DNA of 64,000 nucleotides, taken from NCBI GenBank assembly GCA_964016885.1, contig OZ024747.1, forward strand, positions 86,738,001 through 86,802,000. The letters run 5' to 3'. The notes under the pieces were generated by a model. That model saw nothing but the letters and a program-made list of their open reading frames with translations. It made no database searches and had not been told where the DNA came from. The DNA is from Eledone cirrhosa. Taxonomy: Eukaryota. The translations under genes were made by a program, and so were the position numbers. Shown here piece by piece: positions 1-15,875 of this stretch; the first letter of the stretch is position 1, and every line of letters starts with the position of its first letter.

Positions 1-894
1 TAAGTCCCCCACAACAAACATGGGATCAACAACACGTGCTGCTGGTCGCCATGCTACTAGACTAGCAGCCAGGTCGAACAGCGCCTTTAAACAACTATGC
101 CTGTAAGAAACTTGACACCACCTTGTACCATCTAAGTCTACCTCGAATGCTGGGGAAAACACTATCGATAATAATAATAATAATAATCGAAGAAATTTGA
201 CACCACGTGTACCATACGAGTCTCCCTCGACTGTTGTGGAAAATACTATCGATAATGATAATAATCAAAAGTATAAACAATTGAAAATTTCCCTCAACGA
301 AATCTTCCAGTGAGAAATTAATTCATGTATAAATATCTCTCTTGCTGAACGTATTAAAACGACAATGTTTAATAAAAAAACAAAAAAAAAACAAAACAAA
401 TAATGAAATATTACGTGTTATTGACGATGGATATTGGGGATGAATATTTACGACGGATAAAAAGCCCAACATTTTGGCAAATCAACGCCTGTTTATATGT
501 CTTAGCAACGACAGTGAAGCATTATCTTGGTGATAGCAGAGATATTAACAAGAACAAAACACCACCAAAAATACCATCATATATAACTAAAATAGAAAAA
601 AAGATTGCTGACCTACGAAAAACCATAGGATAGGTGACAATGCTCCTTACAGGCAAACAAACACAAAAAATCTTACTCCTCACCAAGAAAGAGTGAAAAA
701 TAAAATAGAGACGATGTTTGGTAACAGTAGAACCAGAACACTTCAATATAAGCTGATCACCCTCAAACAAGAATTGAGAGCTGTTAGCGAAAAACGCCGA
801 AACCTGAAGAAGGTAGATGAGAGAAAAGTGCTTAATAAAAGATTCAGACGAAACCAAACATAAGTCTATAGAGATATGAAGAACAAAATAATAA

Positions 895-1944
895 GTGTCA
901 CTGAGGCCTCACCCCAGAAAGACAGATTCCTTTTGGAGCAAAATATGGGGTGAAAAGAAGAATTTCAACCAAGATGCAGCGTGGCTAAGAGAAATCCGAA
1001 AGAACTATTGCTCCTACACTACAACAAAAACATACGAAATAAGTGAGGGTACCCTTGAGACTGTGATAGGAAAACACCAAGATAAGAAAAGACCAGGAAG
1101 AGACATGATTGTCGGCTACTGGTACAAAAAACAGATCTTCTATCGGAGGTATCTTACTGACCTCTACCAACAAGTTCTTAAGGGAGATACACTTATACCA
1201 GAATGGTTGACATTAGCAAAAACATTACAGGTCCCCAAGAACAAAGTCACCCACTTGGCAAAAAACTACCGACCCATTGCATGCCAGAACCTGATGTATA
1301 AGATGTATACAGCCTGCCTGAACCTATTCCTCCAAGATCACTGTGAAAATAATAACATCATCACAGATGAACAAGCAGCTGGAAAGAAAGGGGTTTGGGG
1401 ATGTGCTGAACAACTCCTAATAAACAAAACTGCGATGTCGGAAGTGCGACAACTTAGGAGGAATATGGCTACAGTCTGGCTGGACTACAGGAAAGCTTTC
1501 GATTCTGTTCCCCACTCTTGGATGATAGAGGCCCGCCAAATTGCTAAAGTCCCAGACATTATTGTCAGAGCCATAGAGAGGCTGTCTTCTTCTTGGGCTA
1601 CTATCCTAAGGTTAAAGACAGAGAGTGAGGACTCTATTTTTACTGATAAAATAAAATATCACCGGGGTATATTTCAGGGGGACAGTCTCTCTGTGATATT
1701 ATTCATCTTGTCATTAAACTCCTTGTCCTTTCTGCTCAAGAAATGTGAGGGATACATCATTGGCTCGCAGGAAGACAGAAATACGAACCTAACCCATAAT
1801 TTCTTTGTGGACGATCTGAAACTCTATGGCAAGAACATGGATGGGATGAAGAAAAATCTTGACCTGGTTACAACGTTCTCAAAGGATATAGGAATGGAGT
1901 TTGGCCAAGATAAATGCTCATACATGACTGTAAACCCAATCTAG
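895..1944 (+). pseudogene. Reverse transcriptase domain of the R4/Dong-type element (frameshifted at ~1940)
   Basis: Motifs NYRPIACQN, WLDYRKAFDSVPH, RGIFQGDSLS and HNFFVDDLKLY. The RT continues in another frame (YRYLGIDE, ~1996). Confidence 0.9.
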
Positions 1945-2125
1945 CAACATTGTCATCAATGGCCTAACTATTTCACCGATATCTGATGAGGACTGCTACA
2001 GATACCTGGGGATAGATGAGAACATATCCTATAATGGTATCGGTAATAAGGAACGCGTAACCAGGGAATACTACACCCGATTAAGAAAGATTTGGTCATC
2101 CGTACTCTCTGCGCAAAACAAAACA

Positions 2126-3352
2126 GTGGCTCACAATGTGTTTGCTGACCTAACATCAACGTTTGGAATACTCAATTGGACGATAGACGAAATCCGAGCA
2201 GTTGATGTTGGAACTCGAAAAATACTAAACAACACCGGAAACTTCCACATCAACAGTGACATAGACCGCCTTTACTTGAAACGTAAGCATGGAGGCAGAG
2301 GCCTAACATCAGTCCAGACAGCATTTGAATGTCGCATCATATCCCTCCGACAACATCTACGAACCTCGAAGCGTAGGAGCCCGTCTCTCGAGCAAGTCTA
2401 TCTGCATGAAACAGTTAAGATCATGAGAGTTGGGAAGGAACTCATCGAGAGATATTCCCTGTGTGATAATCAAAAACTCACACCCAGGGAAATCGCTCAG
2501 CAGTATCGCAGTGAATCCATGGATGAAAAACTGCATGCTTATCATCAAAAAATCATTCATGGATATGTTGCCAGGAAGCTCCAGAGTGAGAGTAATATAG
2601 ATAAGGAAAGTAGTCTATCTTGGACCAACAACCGCTATATTAGCTCCCACTTTGAAGGATACGCTTTTGCAATCCAAGAACAGGAAATTAACACGAAATA
2701 CCTGATTCACAAAAGAGATAGGGATGCAGGCAAAACACCTAGATGTGACAACAAGTGCAGACTCTGCAGAACTAACATCGAGGATATCACCCATGTCATC
2801 AGCAGCTGTCCAAAGATGTCATCGCGGTACTATCTACCTATGAGACATGATGTAGTGGCCAAAACACTGTACAATGCAGTCCGTAAAAAAATAGCCCTGA
2901 TAATAAATATTAAAAGCTACAGCAATGTGGAAGACACCCACGTACATAATATGAAAGAGTACTGGTGGAATATTCCAGTAAAAACCCCAATAAAATGCAG
3001 ACATAACAGACAAGATATTATGATATGAGACAAGGAGAAGAAAGCATGCACAGTAGTGGAAATTAGCTGCCCAGCAGATGCCAATATAATATCTAAGATT
3101 AGCGAAAAGGAGAATATTTATGCAGAACTGATGAGAAATCTGCAGATACTCCACCCTGATTACACCTTCATATTTATGCCTGTGATTATTGAGGCACTGG
3201 GGTATGTTAGTAACTGCCTCAATACAAATCTTGAGAAGCTAGGCTTCACGGGAACAGAAAGAACACAACTAGTTAGGACATTATAAGTACAATCCATTAA
3301 TGGAACAGTAAAAATTTGTAAAACATTCCAAACATTTTATTTTGCATCTAAT
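2126..3352 (+). pseudogene. C-terminal CCHC zinc knuckle and RLE endonuclease of the R4/Dong-type element (in-frame stops)
   Basis: DIDRLYLKRKHGGRGL, CRLCRTNIEDITHVISSC, RHDVVAK, RQDIMI*DKEKKACTVVEISCP...KENIY, and terminal GTVKICKTF. Confidence 0.85.
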
Positions 3353-3719
3353 AACTGCATATACACATGTACAGATATAAAGCATATACACATGCACACA
3401 TACAACTCAAAACATCCACATCCACACATACAATAACATCCATACCTACACATTCATGCATGCAGACACGCATACATATCTACCTAGTTGATGTTGTGTA
3501 AATTCCAATGTGAGAGTCTTGTGTCTATGTTAGAAACCGACTCTCTCTCTATTGGGAAAAAAATCGTGAAATTATAAAACCAGAAGAACATACATACATA
3601 CATACAGATTAACATATTTCTATAGGAGGTATCAACCACAATCAACAAACTCTAAATGGATATACACCAAGTAAACATACATATGCCAACCAGATTCACA
3701 TTGATAGGACTGATCTACC

Positions 3720-3920
3720 AAAACAAAAAATCACTCACTTGGCAAAACATTACTTACTGGCCTATTGCATCTCGGAATTTAATGTCTGAAATGTAGACAG
3801 CCTGTTTGAAACTATTTCACCAGGGTCAATGTGACAAAAACAATATCACAGATAAGGAAGCAGCTGCGTAGAAAACAGTTTGGAAAGGTGCTGATTAAAT
3901 ACTAATAAACGAAACTGATG
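3720..3920 (+). mobile_element. Older diverged fragment of the same R4-type RT
   Basis: cacttggcaaaaca...cctattgcat...acagcctg...atcacagat...gcagctg aligns by eye with 1245-1430, with indels. Confidence 0.65.
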
Positions 3921-3979
3921 TTAGCGGTGCGGCAGCATAAGAGGAACTAGGTTAAAGTCTGGCTGGAAGGAATAATTCG

Positions 3980-5660
3980 ATTTTCTTCCCCACTCCTGGA
4001 TGCATAAGGCCTTTCGACTTCCCAAAGTCCAAGATACTATAATCAGATAAATCAGATGGCGTACCTTCCACGATGACAGGAAGTATGAAAATATACAGCA
4101 TGCATGGAAACTTTCGTCGATTACCAAAAGATGTAAAACTTATAGAAACCCGACACACAATATGTAGCTGGTTAAATTTGAAGAAGATTTGATCAATATG
4201 GTTACAAATATCAAATTCAAGAAACCATTACTCTACGATAATACATTTTTATGGATATAAATAACACCTTACGAAATTTCAGAAAACAAAAAGAATTTAT
4301 TTATTCTTGATGATCAGACTAAATATATTCATAGTGTGGATATTCATACATACTTATAAATCCTTTATATATAAAGAACCTCATAAAAATTTATAACAAA
4401 AATCTATATATACTAACCTTTGTGATATAAACATTCAAAGGAAAAATATTGTAAAAAATCTTGCTCTTGAAAGATATACTGAACCTTATCTCACAGAAAC
4501 TCCAAGATTCACCTTATAGGACCATAAGGGGGATTTTCATAGCCCTCCTTCTATTAGATTCATTTGCCCCCTCTACTTCTGACAGCAAAAATTAATAAGA
4601 TTCACTAAATTAGTAAGATTCACTAAATTAGAACATAAAAATAGAATTAGCGTCATACAGTTTGGCATAGATAGCTATTATTCTTCTATCACCCCCAGTC
4701 TCCTAAATATAGCCTTAATTATGGCAAAATGTAATAGCGACCTAACTGACACTGAGATTGACATCATTATAGCCGCGAGGAAAACAATAATGGAATTTGA
4801 TGGTGACCTATGTGCCAGGGAAAATAGTCCTGATAACTTTGATATCACAATAGGCTCGTGTGATTCTGCCCAGGTCTCCGACTTACTTAGTTCTTTTTGC
4901 TAAGCAACCTGTATAAGCCCTACCTTCTTAAACGGTAGTTTGCATCGTGACGATGCTCATTTTACGATTAAATGCAATATTCGAAACCTTGAAAGAACGA
5001 AAAAGAATTGTCATAGGTCTTTTTTTAAGATAATGGCTTAAACATTACGATTGATATACATGCTAAAGTAGTTTACTTCTGAGATGTTACCTTTGAACTG
5101 TATACTCGGTTCCAGAAATCAGGTGAACATCTTTTCTATGTAAATAATTTATCAAACACTCTAAATCAATACTTTAGTCTATAGTAAAAAAAAATGTATC
5201 TAATAGAATTTCTAGATTGTTCTCCAATCGAGAGATCTTTTACCAAAGTGCACAATATTACAATGAGGTATTAGATGGGTCAGGCTATAAGGAAGAAATC
5301 TAATATAACATGGTTAGCAATAGGAACTAAAATATAATTACTGAAAATAGCATATTACTTAAAACTAAATACAATGTTGACATAGAATCTAACCTAAAGG
5401 ACATGGCCGATTAAGTTATCTACAATGACAGCACTCCTTTTATTACGACTTTGGGCACAGCATCTAACACAAATAGGCTTAGAAGTAACTCGAGTGAATG
5501 TATATCTATTAGTAGCAATAAGTGTGGGTTCCAAACATAGATATAATTAGAAGATAAATAGCTATAAAGATATGAAAGTAAATAGTGAAAGAACAAAACC
5601 AGTAACACAGCATATACGTACTTAACCCTTATAAATCCTCAAATTCAAAACAAATTCGTA
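3980..5660 (+). mobile_element. Highly degenerate Penelope-like element, RT region
   Basis: Fragments FEEDLINMVTNIKF, TPRFTL*DHKGDF, IQFGIDSYYSSI, IDIIIAARKTIM...PDNFDITIGSCDSAQVSDL and GSLHRDDA. Homologous to the RT at 44385-45251. Confidence 0.8.
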
Positions 5661-5724
5661 ACTGACACTCTAATTAACTCCCTAGTATACTAAAACCTTC
5701 TTCTTCTTCTTCTTCTTCTTCTCG

Positions 5725-5910
5725 GACACCATGCTTCGCAGCATAGAGTCACGGCACTTTAGGTTCCGAGTTCAAATCCTGTCGAAATTAACTTTGCCTT
5801 TCATCCTTACGAAGTCGATAAAATAAAGTACCAGTAATGCACTGGGGTCAATTTAATCGACTTTCCCCTGATCCAAATTTGCTAGTCTTGTGCCTAAATC
5901 AGAAAACATT
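5725..5910 (+). mobile_element. tRNA-derived SINE (abundant octopod family)
   Basis: B-box gagttcaaatcc followed by the core aactttgcctttcatccttac...gtcgataaaataaagtaccagtaatgcactgggg and an (ATT)n tail. Confidence 0.85.
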
Positions 5911-6242
5911 ATTATTATTATCATTCGCCCACCTGAGAGGGTTGTGAGGGCAGTATGTGTTCTTGTTGTCAGTTTGGAAAAGGTGGAGAAAATTCCCTCA
6001 TAGACGTCAGATACCCCAAAGTGGTCTTTGATGAAGAAATAAGAATAAAATTAACAAGTGTTTCAATTTTTGTTGAGAGAAAGGTGTGTCGTTGTTGTTG
6101 GTTTGAAAAGGGTGGTGAAAATGCCATCATACTTAACCACATACATACCTCCTTACATATAAACATACACGCACATTGTGGTACACACGCACATTGTGGT
6201 ACACACGCACACACTTATATATATATATATAAAAGTGTGTGC

Positions 6243-6292
<50 letters not shown>

Positions 6293-6324
6293 GCATACAT
6301 ACATAAGCATATATAATAATAAAA

Positions 6325-6470
6325 GGATGATTTGTTATGTCTTCATTATGTTTATTGATTGGTGACGCGCGTTTGGCTATTGATCAACTCAAGGTTCGAT
6401 CTGTATCGATCTGGCCCGACTCTGGAATCAAAAGCTCGTCGTACCTCTGCTGTGGTGATGAAAGAATCAT
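6325..6470 (-). mobile_element. Small microsatellite-flanked element with a degenerate hammerhead-like motif (family of 25870-26135)
   Basis: Clear similarity to 25885-26000. The minus strand reads GGU ACGACGA GCU...AGC CAAA CGCGCG UC ACC. Confidence 0.6.
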
Positions 6471-7688
6471 ATACATATTCATACATACATATTGTTTGCT
6501 GGTTTGCTGGTTTGCTGGTTGCGAAACTGTGCTAAAGTAATTTCCTTTTAGAAGCGGTGTTAACTTTTCGCAATCTTAGAAGCATATACACTTTATCTTT
6601 TTTAATAAATACAAATCAGTGGGTGTATAATAGCAATATGGTTTAAAATTACGTTTTGCATTAGGTTTTGGCTTCGATCCCACAGCGTGGTATTGTGGGT
6701 CATTTACCATTGCCGCGGGTCGATTCAACCTTGTAAGTGACATTAAGTAGACGATAACTAGTTGAAAGTCCTATGAACTTGCTGTATATGTACTTCAAAG
6801 ATTCGTTATATAACCCGCTGAATCTTCATGAAAATTTCGTTAAAAGTGCAGTTGACTCAGGACAGTTCAGGCACATAACAGTTTCTTTAATCGAATAACT
6901 AAAACACTCGTCTCCGAAACCAAAAGTCATTTCATTACTTTTACATAATTGGTTTTCGATGTGCATATGTTGTAGTTTTAGTGAACAATTAAGATTAAAG
7001 ATTTATGCACCTGGGTCCATATTACATACATTTTTATAGCTTTGTCAGAGAAGGGAGGAAACCAACCATTAAATTTTGACAAGGCTCTTCAGACTGGTGT
7101 GGGGAAAAGAAGATGACATTCTTAAGCCGCTGAATGTGGCTCGAATTCTTCAAAAAGAATTCATGACTGACTCTGAACTCCTAATAACGCTGTCAAGATA
7201 TACGGTGTATCTTAAGCATTTTAACTCGTTCCGTCTCTGAACAAAGCCGATTTCCTCCAGATAAAGTTAGAAAGAAAGTGAGGGAAAGAGCTAGAAGAAG
7301 AATAGACCAAAGAGCTAAACTGGTACTATATTTATTGACCCCGATAGAATAAAAAGAATGATAACCTCATTAGAATTTGAACTTGAAGCACAATGATTCG
7401 GAATGAATATCTCAAAGCAGTCTACATTTTTTCTACTCGGCAGTTCATTAATTCTCGAAGTATCCAGTAACCATTCTTTTCTTACCAAAAGCAAACATCA
7501 CATATATATCATTTTATACCTGAAGCGTAAATTTTTTTAAATATATATATATGTATGTATGTGTGTGTGTGTGAGCGTGTAAGTCTGAATTTGTGTGCGC
7601 ATGTGTGTAGGTGTATGTGTGTTGTATCTATACATGCGTACACACACACACACGCACACACGCATATATGATAAAACTACTTGTTAGT

Positions 7689-7750
<62 letters not shown>

Positions 7751-7821
7751 ACAAGTAGTTTTATCGCTCTACATGGCAGAATACAATAAATGTAATCTGA
7801 AGTTTTCAAATATTAATAATA

Positions 7822-8003
7822 ATTGTTTCTACTTTTGGCACAAGGCCAGCAATTATCCCAGTGTATTACTGGTACTTTATTTTATCGACCCCGTGATGAA
7901 AGGCAAAGTTAACCTCGGCGGGATTTGAACTCAGTCCGTAAAGGTACGTAACTGTGCTGCAAAGCATGGCGTCCGACCCTCTACCGATACTCCCAATCCA
8001 CCG
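7822..8003 (-). mobile_element. tRNA-derived SINE
   Basis: Reverse complement of the SINE consensus (ctggtactttattttatcgacccc...aaggcaaagttaacctcggcgggatttgaactc). Confidence 0.85.
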
Positions 8004-8142
8004 AATAATAATATTCGATTCGTTTGCAATTATGCAAACAGCCTCTTTAAGCTAGTTTATACAATTTGCAAGTGTATAAACGCTCACATATACATATATA
8101 GAAATGTTTCAATTACGTGTAGGTGCAGGTGTGTGCGGGTGT

Positions 8143-8283
8143 GTTTCTACTTTTGGCATCCAGTGCATTACTGGTACTTTATTTTATCGACCCCGTAAGG
8201 ATGAAAGGCAAAGTTAACCTCGGCGGGATTTGAACTCAGAATGGCAAGGGCCGTAACTCTATACGCCAAAGCATGGCGCCCAA
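8143..8283 (-). mobile_element. tRNA-derived SINE
   Basis: Same consensus, minus strand. Confidence 0.85.
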
Positions 8284-8485
8284 CCATAATAATACGCATC
8301 GTATATCTGTATCCTTATTTATTCATAATTCATCTGTGCATATGTTTTTATCACAGTAATACATAGGAAGTCATTTTCTGGCACATGCTGCGTACTGAAA
8401 AATATTGTACAAATGTTCTAATTTCGCGAAAATTGTCTGAAAAATAGATTTGTTTCTATATTTTTGTTTAATATGTAGTATTGAT

Positions 8486-8642
8486 CTGAGTTCAAATGCC
8501 GCCGAGGTTAACTTTGTCTTTCATCTTTACGGGGTTGATAAAATAAAGTACCAGTAATGAACTGGGTGGATTTAATTGATTCCCTCCCCTCGAAAAAAAA
8601 AAAAAAAATTGCTGGCTTTGTGCCTATATAAGAAAACAATAT
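8486..8642 (+). mobile_element. tRNA-derived SINE (5'-truncated)
   Basis: ctgagttcaaatgccgccgaggttaactttgtctttcatc... Confidence 0.8.
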
Positions 8643-8837
8643 TTAGTATTGATAAAATATTTTAAAATCAAAATCATATTCTGTAGAATATCAACCACAA
8701 TAATGTGAAACTTTCGACTTCTGTTGAATATTAAATGTAAAGTAAGTTCTAAGATATATTCTTTCACTTGAAAAGACATTCAATATAAAAAGAAGACTTG
8801 AATATAAATATGTACATTATTATTAGATAGATTAGGG

Positions 8838-9022
8838 TGGTGGATTGGCAGCATAGAGTTACGGCCCTTTATGATCTGAGTTCAGATCCCGCCGAGGCTA
8901 ACTTTGCCTTTCATCCTTACGGGGATCGATAAAATAAAGTACCAGTAATGCACTGGGGATGGATTAAATAGACTTTCACCTTCCTTTAAAATTTCTGGCC
9001 TTGTGCCAAAAGTAGAAACAAT
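8838..9022 (+). mobile_element. tRNA-derived SINE
   Basis: ggtggtggattggcag...ctgagttcagatcccgccgaggctaactttgcctttcatcc...gtagaaacaat. Confidence 0.85.
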
Positions 9023-9398
9023 ATATCTGTTAATCGCCCCCAATGTTGATAGTGCGATCACTCTAGTATATTTTCGGCCATCTGAAGTAGCCGCTCATTG
9101 AATTAGCAAATAATTGACTAAGTATTCCATAGAATATGTAATCTAATATACATGACAGGACAAATCAGTCTGAAGTTTGATAAGGCTGGGCCTTTGATTT
9201 TCTCTTACAATCTATACGACATATTAATGTAGAGTTTCCGTTCGCGCATTGTTAACACAAAAGACCCAGCCGATCGCAGGCTATAGTGTAAGAGACATTT
9301 CTAGATAATACGCACTGAGATAGAACCGGAAAACTTCTCTTATGGAGCGTTTAGATGTACAAACAAATACACATGTTCACACACAAAATACGCCTCCC

Positions 9399-9491
<93 letters not shown>

Positions 9492-9497
9492 AAGAGA

Positions 9498-9760
9498 GAG
9501 AGGTCACAGAATGTGTGACGAAAGAACATTGCCACTATATGAACAACCGTCCGATTGTGGAACTAACCAACCAACCGGAAATTTTATAAATTATTTTTGA
9601 AAAAAAAAAAAAACATTTTTAAATTTATAATGAATTGGAGTGAAAACATCTGGTGCGTGTATTTCTTATTGGCAACATGACCCTCCCAAAGTATAACAAT
9701 ATCGGTTTCAACACGTTTTCAGATAAAGAATCCTGCTAAACAAATTCAGAAACGAAATAT
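9498..9760 (+). mobile_element. Solo pseudo-LTR fragment of the Penelope-like family at 19.7-23.9 kb
   Basis: Matches 20133-20398 (gaggtcacaga..tgtgtgacgaaag; atgaccctcccaaagtataacaatatcggtttcaacac). Flanked by (GA)n and (TA)n. Confidence 0.85.
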
Positions 9761-9868
9761 ATATATATAAATATACATATATATATATATTACAAATTAT
9801 ATTATTTAACAATGATAACAAAGCAAGTTATAGACCCTACCGTGAAAGGTAGACCACATTGAATATAT

Positions 9869-9923
<55 letters not shown>

Positions 9924-9996
9924 CGGGGTAACAAATTATTGTTATAGGTAGTCCATGAGATTAAAAACCTTTTTTGTATAGCAAACCGTGTCACTC

Positions 9997-10108
<112 letters not shown>

Positions 10109-10204
10109 TATACATACTCATGCATATAAATATACCAAGAAATACAGTAAAAGCAATTGGTAGGTAGATTTGAATCGGTAGGTTTAAATTCTTCGATGTT
10201 CTGG

Positions 10205-10780
10205 ATCTCTGAGTTCAAAAGTGACTGAAGTAGATTTTGCCTTTTATTATCTCAGAATTGATAAATATATTACCAATATATTACCAATACATTGTGGTAG
10301 GTCGGTGGGACTGTTAGATCGTCAGACGTAATGCCTGGCACCATCTCTTTCAGTTTTTCACATCAGAATTCTGCCACAAACTCTATAAGCCATTGCCTTT
10401 AGCTTGGATCACATCTGGTAGGCGGAAAGGCGAAAAGAGAAGATTTGCTATGGATCTGCACATGACAATTCCGTCCTCAAAGCGAGAGTCTGGAAAAGGA
10501 TTATAGTATAATAGACGATCACCAACCACTTATGCAAGCAAATCTTTTCTTTTCGCCTTTCCGCCTACCAGATGTGATCCAAGCTAAATCCAATGGCTTA
10601 TAGAGTTTGTCACTAGCTTTGTGGTAGAATTCAGATGTGAAAAATTGAAAGAGATGGTGCCAGGCATTGCGTCTGACGATCTAACAGTTCCACCAACATA
10701 CCACAATGTATTGGTAATATATTTATCAATTTTGAGATAATAAAAGGCAAAATCTATTTCAGCCACTTTTGAACTGAGAT
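10205..10780. repeat. Imperfect inverted repeat, ~240 bp arms (10205-10449 / 10537-10780)
   Basis: agcttggatcacatctggtaggcggaaaggcgaaaag at ~10401 and its reverse complement at ~10549-10584. The arms include a decayed SINE core. Confidence 0.85.
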
Positions 10781-11638
10781 TAGAGCAAAAATCACGAGCA
10801 ATCTATCTCAAAATTATTTTTGAAAAGCATAAGAAATGCGCAACCGGTAAAAACTTAAAACTAAAACTGAATACTAACTAATACTTATTACTAATTTATA
10901 CTTATTCCTAATTAAACTATTTTTCACTGGGAAAAATTTGTCAGTATTTTCTTTTCCTTTTTACTAATATATATATATATATATTAGTGAAAAGGAAAAG
11001 AAAATGCTATATATTTATATATAGTGAGACCTTACATACAAGCGTAAGAGTATGTACCTGCATTCGTAGGGACATACATATGCATGTGTGTAGCCATTTA
11101 TATACCTATATACCAACTCGTTCCACATCTTGTATTGGAGTCACTATGATACACCATAATATGCAGGCGAAAACGAACATGTATTGGGTATAACTCTTTT
11201 GCTCTTTACCTGTTCCAGCCATCCGGCTGAGGCCATCCTGGGGCACCGACCTTAAGTGGATTAACGATAATATTTTTCTCCAAATATACACCAACTAATA
11301 AATTCAAACTATTATACGACTTTATCCATCGATCCAAGTAACATATTTTATTCCAATCATTGATAATATCACATTAATTGATTATATTCCATAGATGGAT
11401 TAACAACGTAGTAGTAATCAGATTCTCTTAGGAATCGAACCATTATTTTACTCAATAAACTTCATCAGATACTGTATTTCCTGACGTATTTCAAATATTG
11501 ATTACTTTATATTATATTCATTATGTTTGTATCTAAAAGACATGTCATGATGAAGTGACTGACAGCATAGCAAGCTTGATTTTAATAAACAATATATTAA
11601 TTTCTATCGTATTGATCACACATTCTCACAGTAGTCAT

Positions 11639-11687
<49 letters not shown>

Positions 11688-11865
11688 CATCATGATTATC
11701 ATCATTTAACGCACATCTTCCACGCTAGTATTTATATATACATATTTATGAACATATAGTTATATACATGTATTTGTATGTATTATATACATACACACTC
11801 ACACACACATACATATATTCATACATACATACGTATATTAGATATAATATAATATTATATTATAT

Positions 11866-11902
<37 letters not shown>

Positions 11903-11968
11903 ATATGCTTGGCTGCACTGCTGAAAGCATTCGTCGGCTTAGCTGCAGCTCGGGCTTCGAATATTTCC

Positions 11969-12022
<54 letters not shown>

Positions 12023-12183
12023 GATGTATATATATATATATGTACCAGATATTATATATATATAAAGAGAGAGAGAGATAGAGGGGGGAGAATAAAGAGA
12101 GTGAGAAAGAGTGAGAGAGAGAGAGAGAGACGAGGCATTATATTATTATATATACATATATATGTAAATAAAATCAATGAATG

Positions 12184-12221
<38 letters not shown>

Positions 12222-12498
12222 AGCATCTGTTATAACTAATAAAAGTAGCAAGATTGACTTACCTTTGTAAATGTTGTCATTTGGTGGATTCCTTGTAGTT
12301 GAACATTTATGTGAATAGTGAGAGTGGCAGGAAGGCCATAAAGTAAGGAAGAATTAAAATATAGATTGTGGAGAGTGGTGGTGGTGGTTGGGGCGGTGAG
12401 AGATAGAGACGGAACGTTAGATGATAAGAAATGAAACGGGCAGTAACTAGACTATATTGGAAGAGTTGCAGATTGAGAAAGATGGACAGACAAACCAA

Positions 12499-14260
<1,762 letters not shown>

Positions 14261-14309
14261 GTAGATTATAGTTTTGGAATTTTTATTGTCGCCTGCTAGA
14301 TGTCGTAAC

Positions 14310-14525
14310 GGTGGATTGATAGTATCGGTAGAGTGTCGGACACCCTGTTTCGCAGCATAGAGTTACGCCCCTTTACGTTCTGAGTTCAAAGCAGCCGAGA
14401 TTAGCTTTGCCTTTCATCCTACGCCGGTTGTAAAATAAAGTCCCAGTAACATACTGTGGTCGATTTAATCGACTTTACCCTCCCCTAAAATAGCTGGCCT
14501 TGTGCCTATAGTAGTAATAGTTATT
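14310..14525 (+). mobile_element. tRNA-derived SINE
   Basis: Diverged consensus copy (tgagttcaaagcagccgagattagctttgcctttcatcc). Confidence 0.8.
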
Positions 14526-14673
14526 ACTGTAACGCTGGTGGTGCTGGTCTTGGTGATGATGGTGGTGGTCGTGCTAGTAGTGGTGGTAGTGGTGGCGGTG
14601 TTAGGAATTGTAAGATTGAAATGTCAACTGTTGAACTGATTAATGGTGTGGTGATGATTATAGTTTCAATATA

Positions 14674-14841
14674 CCGTATTTCCCAGCGCCGAAGGAGCTT
14701 CGTCCCCGAGGACGCAGCCTAATTTTGACAACCAAAAATTTGAAAAAAAATAATAAACAACCTTGGGCTTCCAGGATACTTGGTAGATTTTTGAGATTTA
14801 TTTTAGGTAAAAAATGACGTCTTCGACGCCGGGAAATACGG
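14674..14841. mobile_element. Tc1/mariner-superfamily MITE
   Basis: TIRs ccgtatttcccagcgccgaag / cttcgacgccgggaaatacgg, with TA on both sides (14672-73 and 14842-43). Confidence 0.8.
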
Positions 14842-15812
14842 TAGCTTGGTGCCGTGTTTAGGTGGTTTTTAATTAGTGGTTTAGTTGTGTAGAAATTCAT
14901 CAATTATTAAAATTAAGTTTGTGTTTGTTTTTTGTATGAGTGTATGTTAGGTGGCATGCTACTTGTTATATGCTTGTTGTTGATTTTGTTGCATATGTTG
15001 CTGCTACTGTTTTGTTTATAACCCAGAGCTAAATCTTATCGCATTGACCATCCCGTCGCATTCCTATGCATAGAGTAACCAAGAGCACATTATCTAACGT
15101 GTCTTTTTTTTTTCTATTTTTTCAGGTGTGATTTGAAGGAAAATTTGGCTGCTATTTCAGTCAGACAACCACGTTCATTCGATTAAAATTTTATGAATGT
15201 TAGGATAGTGGTGTTGGTAATAATGATTCTGTAGTGACGTGCTGATAAGTATGTGGTTGTTGTTGTTGCTGCTGTTGTTTATACCCACCCGTAGGTTAAA
15301 ACTAACTGTGCAGAATTATCACCAAAATCACTCCAACCGTAACTATGTGCAGCGGACTCCAAACCACATTATACAACATGTTAATTTTAAAGTGAGATTT
15401 GAGGGGAGATTTGGCTAATATTTCTAGCAGGTCGCGGGACCCCGTTTAAATGTTTATGAATGATAATTATGATGGGGTAAGGACAACGGTTTGTTTTAGT
15501 AGTATTAATGATAAAAATAGGATTTCTTGTAGGATTGTTGATATTGCTGGATGTGAGTGGTGGCGGTGGTGGTGGTGTTGTAATTTCTGTTGTTTTGTTG
15601 AGGAAATCTTTAGTTTAGTTGCTATTTTGGTTTTGCTTTTATTTCTTAGGCATTGTTATGTGGCTAAGAATTTCGCTTCACAACCACGTGTCTTCAGAGT
15701 TAGTATCACTGTAGACTAACTTGTGCAAGTGTGTTCTAATACGTATTGGCCTGGGTTGACTAATTCTTTGAAAATGAAGTTTGCTAGACGGAAACTGGGG
15801 AAACCAGTCGTG

Positions 15813-15875
<63 letters not shown>

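Larger units (their letters stand above)
1..3605 (+). mobile_element. Degenerate non-LTR retrotransposon with restriction-like endonuclease (R4/Dong-type), ending in a (CATA)n tail; 5' end is outside or at the window edge
   Basis: Consecutive frameshifted ORF pieces give RT, then CCHC knuckle, then PD-(D/E)xK RLE. A 3' UTR follows, ending ...ccagaagaacatacatacatacatac at ~3605. Confidence 0.85.

Noticed and set aside
12255-12360. Possible minus-strand host exon with donor AAG|GTAAGT at ~12263
   Set aside because: No recognisable protein similarity or partner exons; cannot be supported without RNA-seq.
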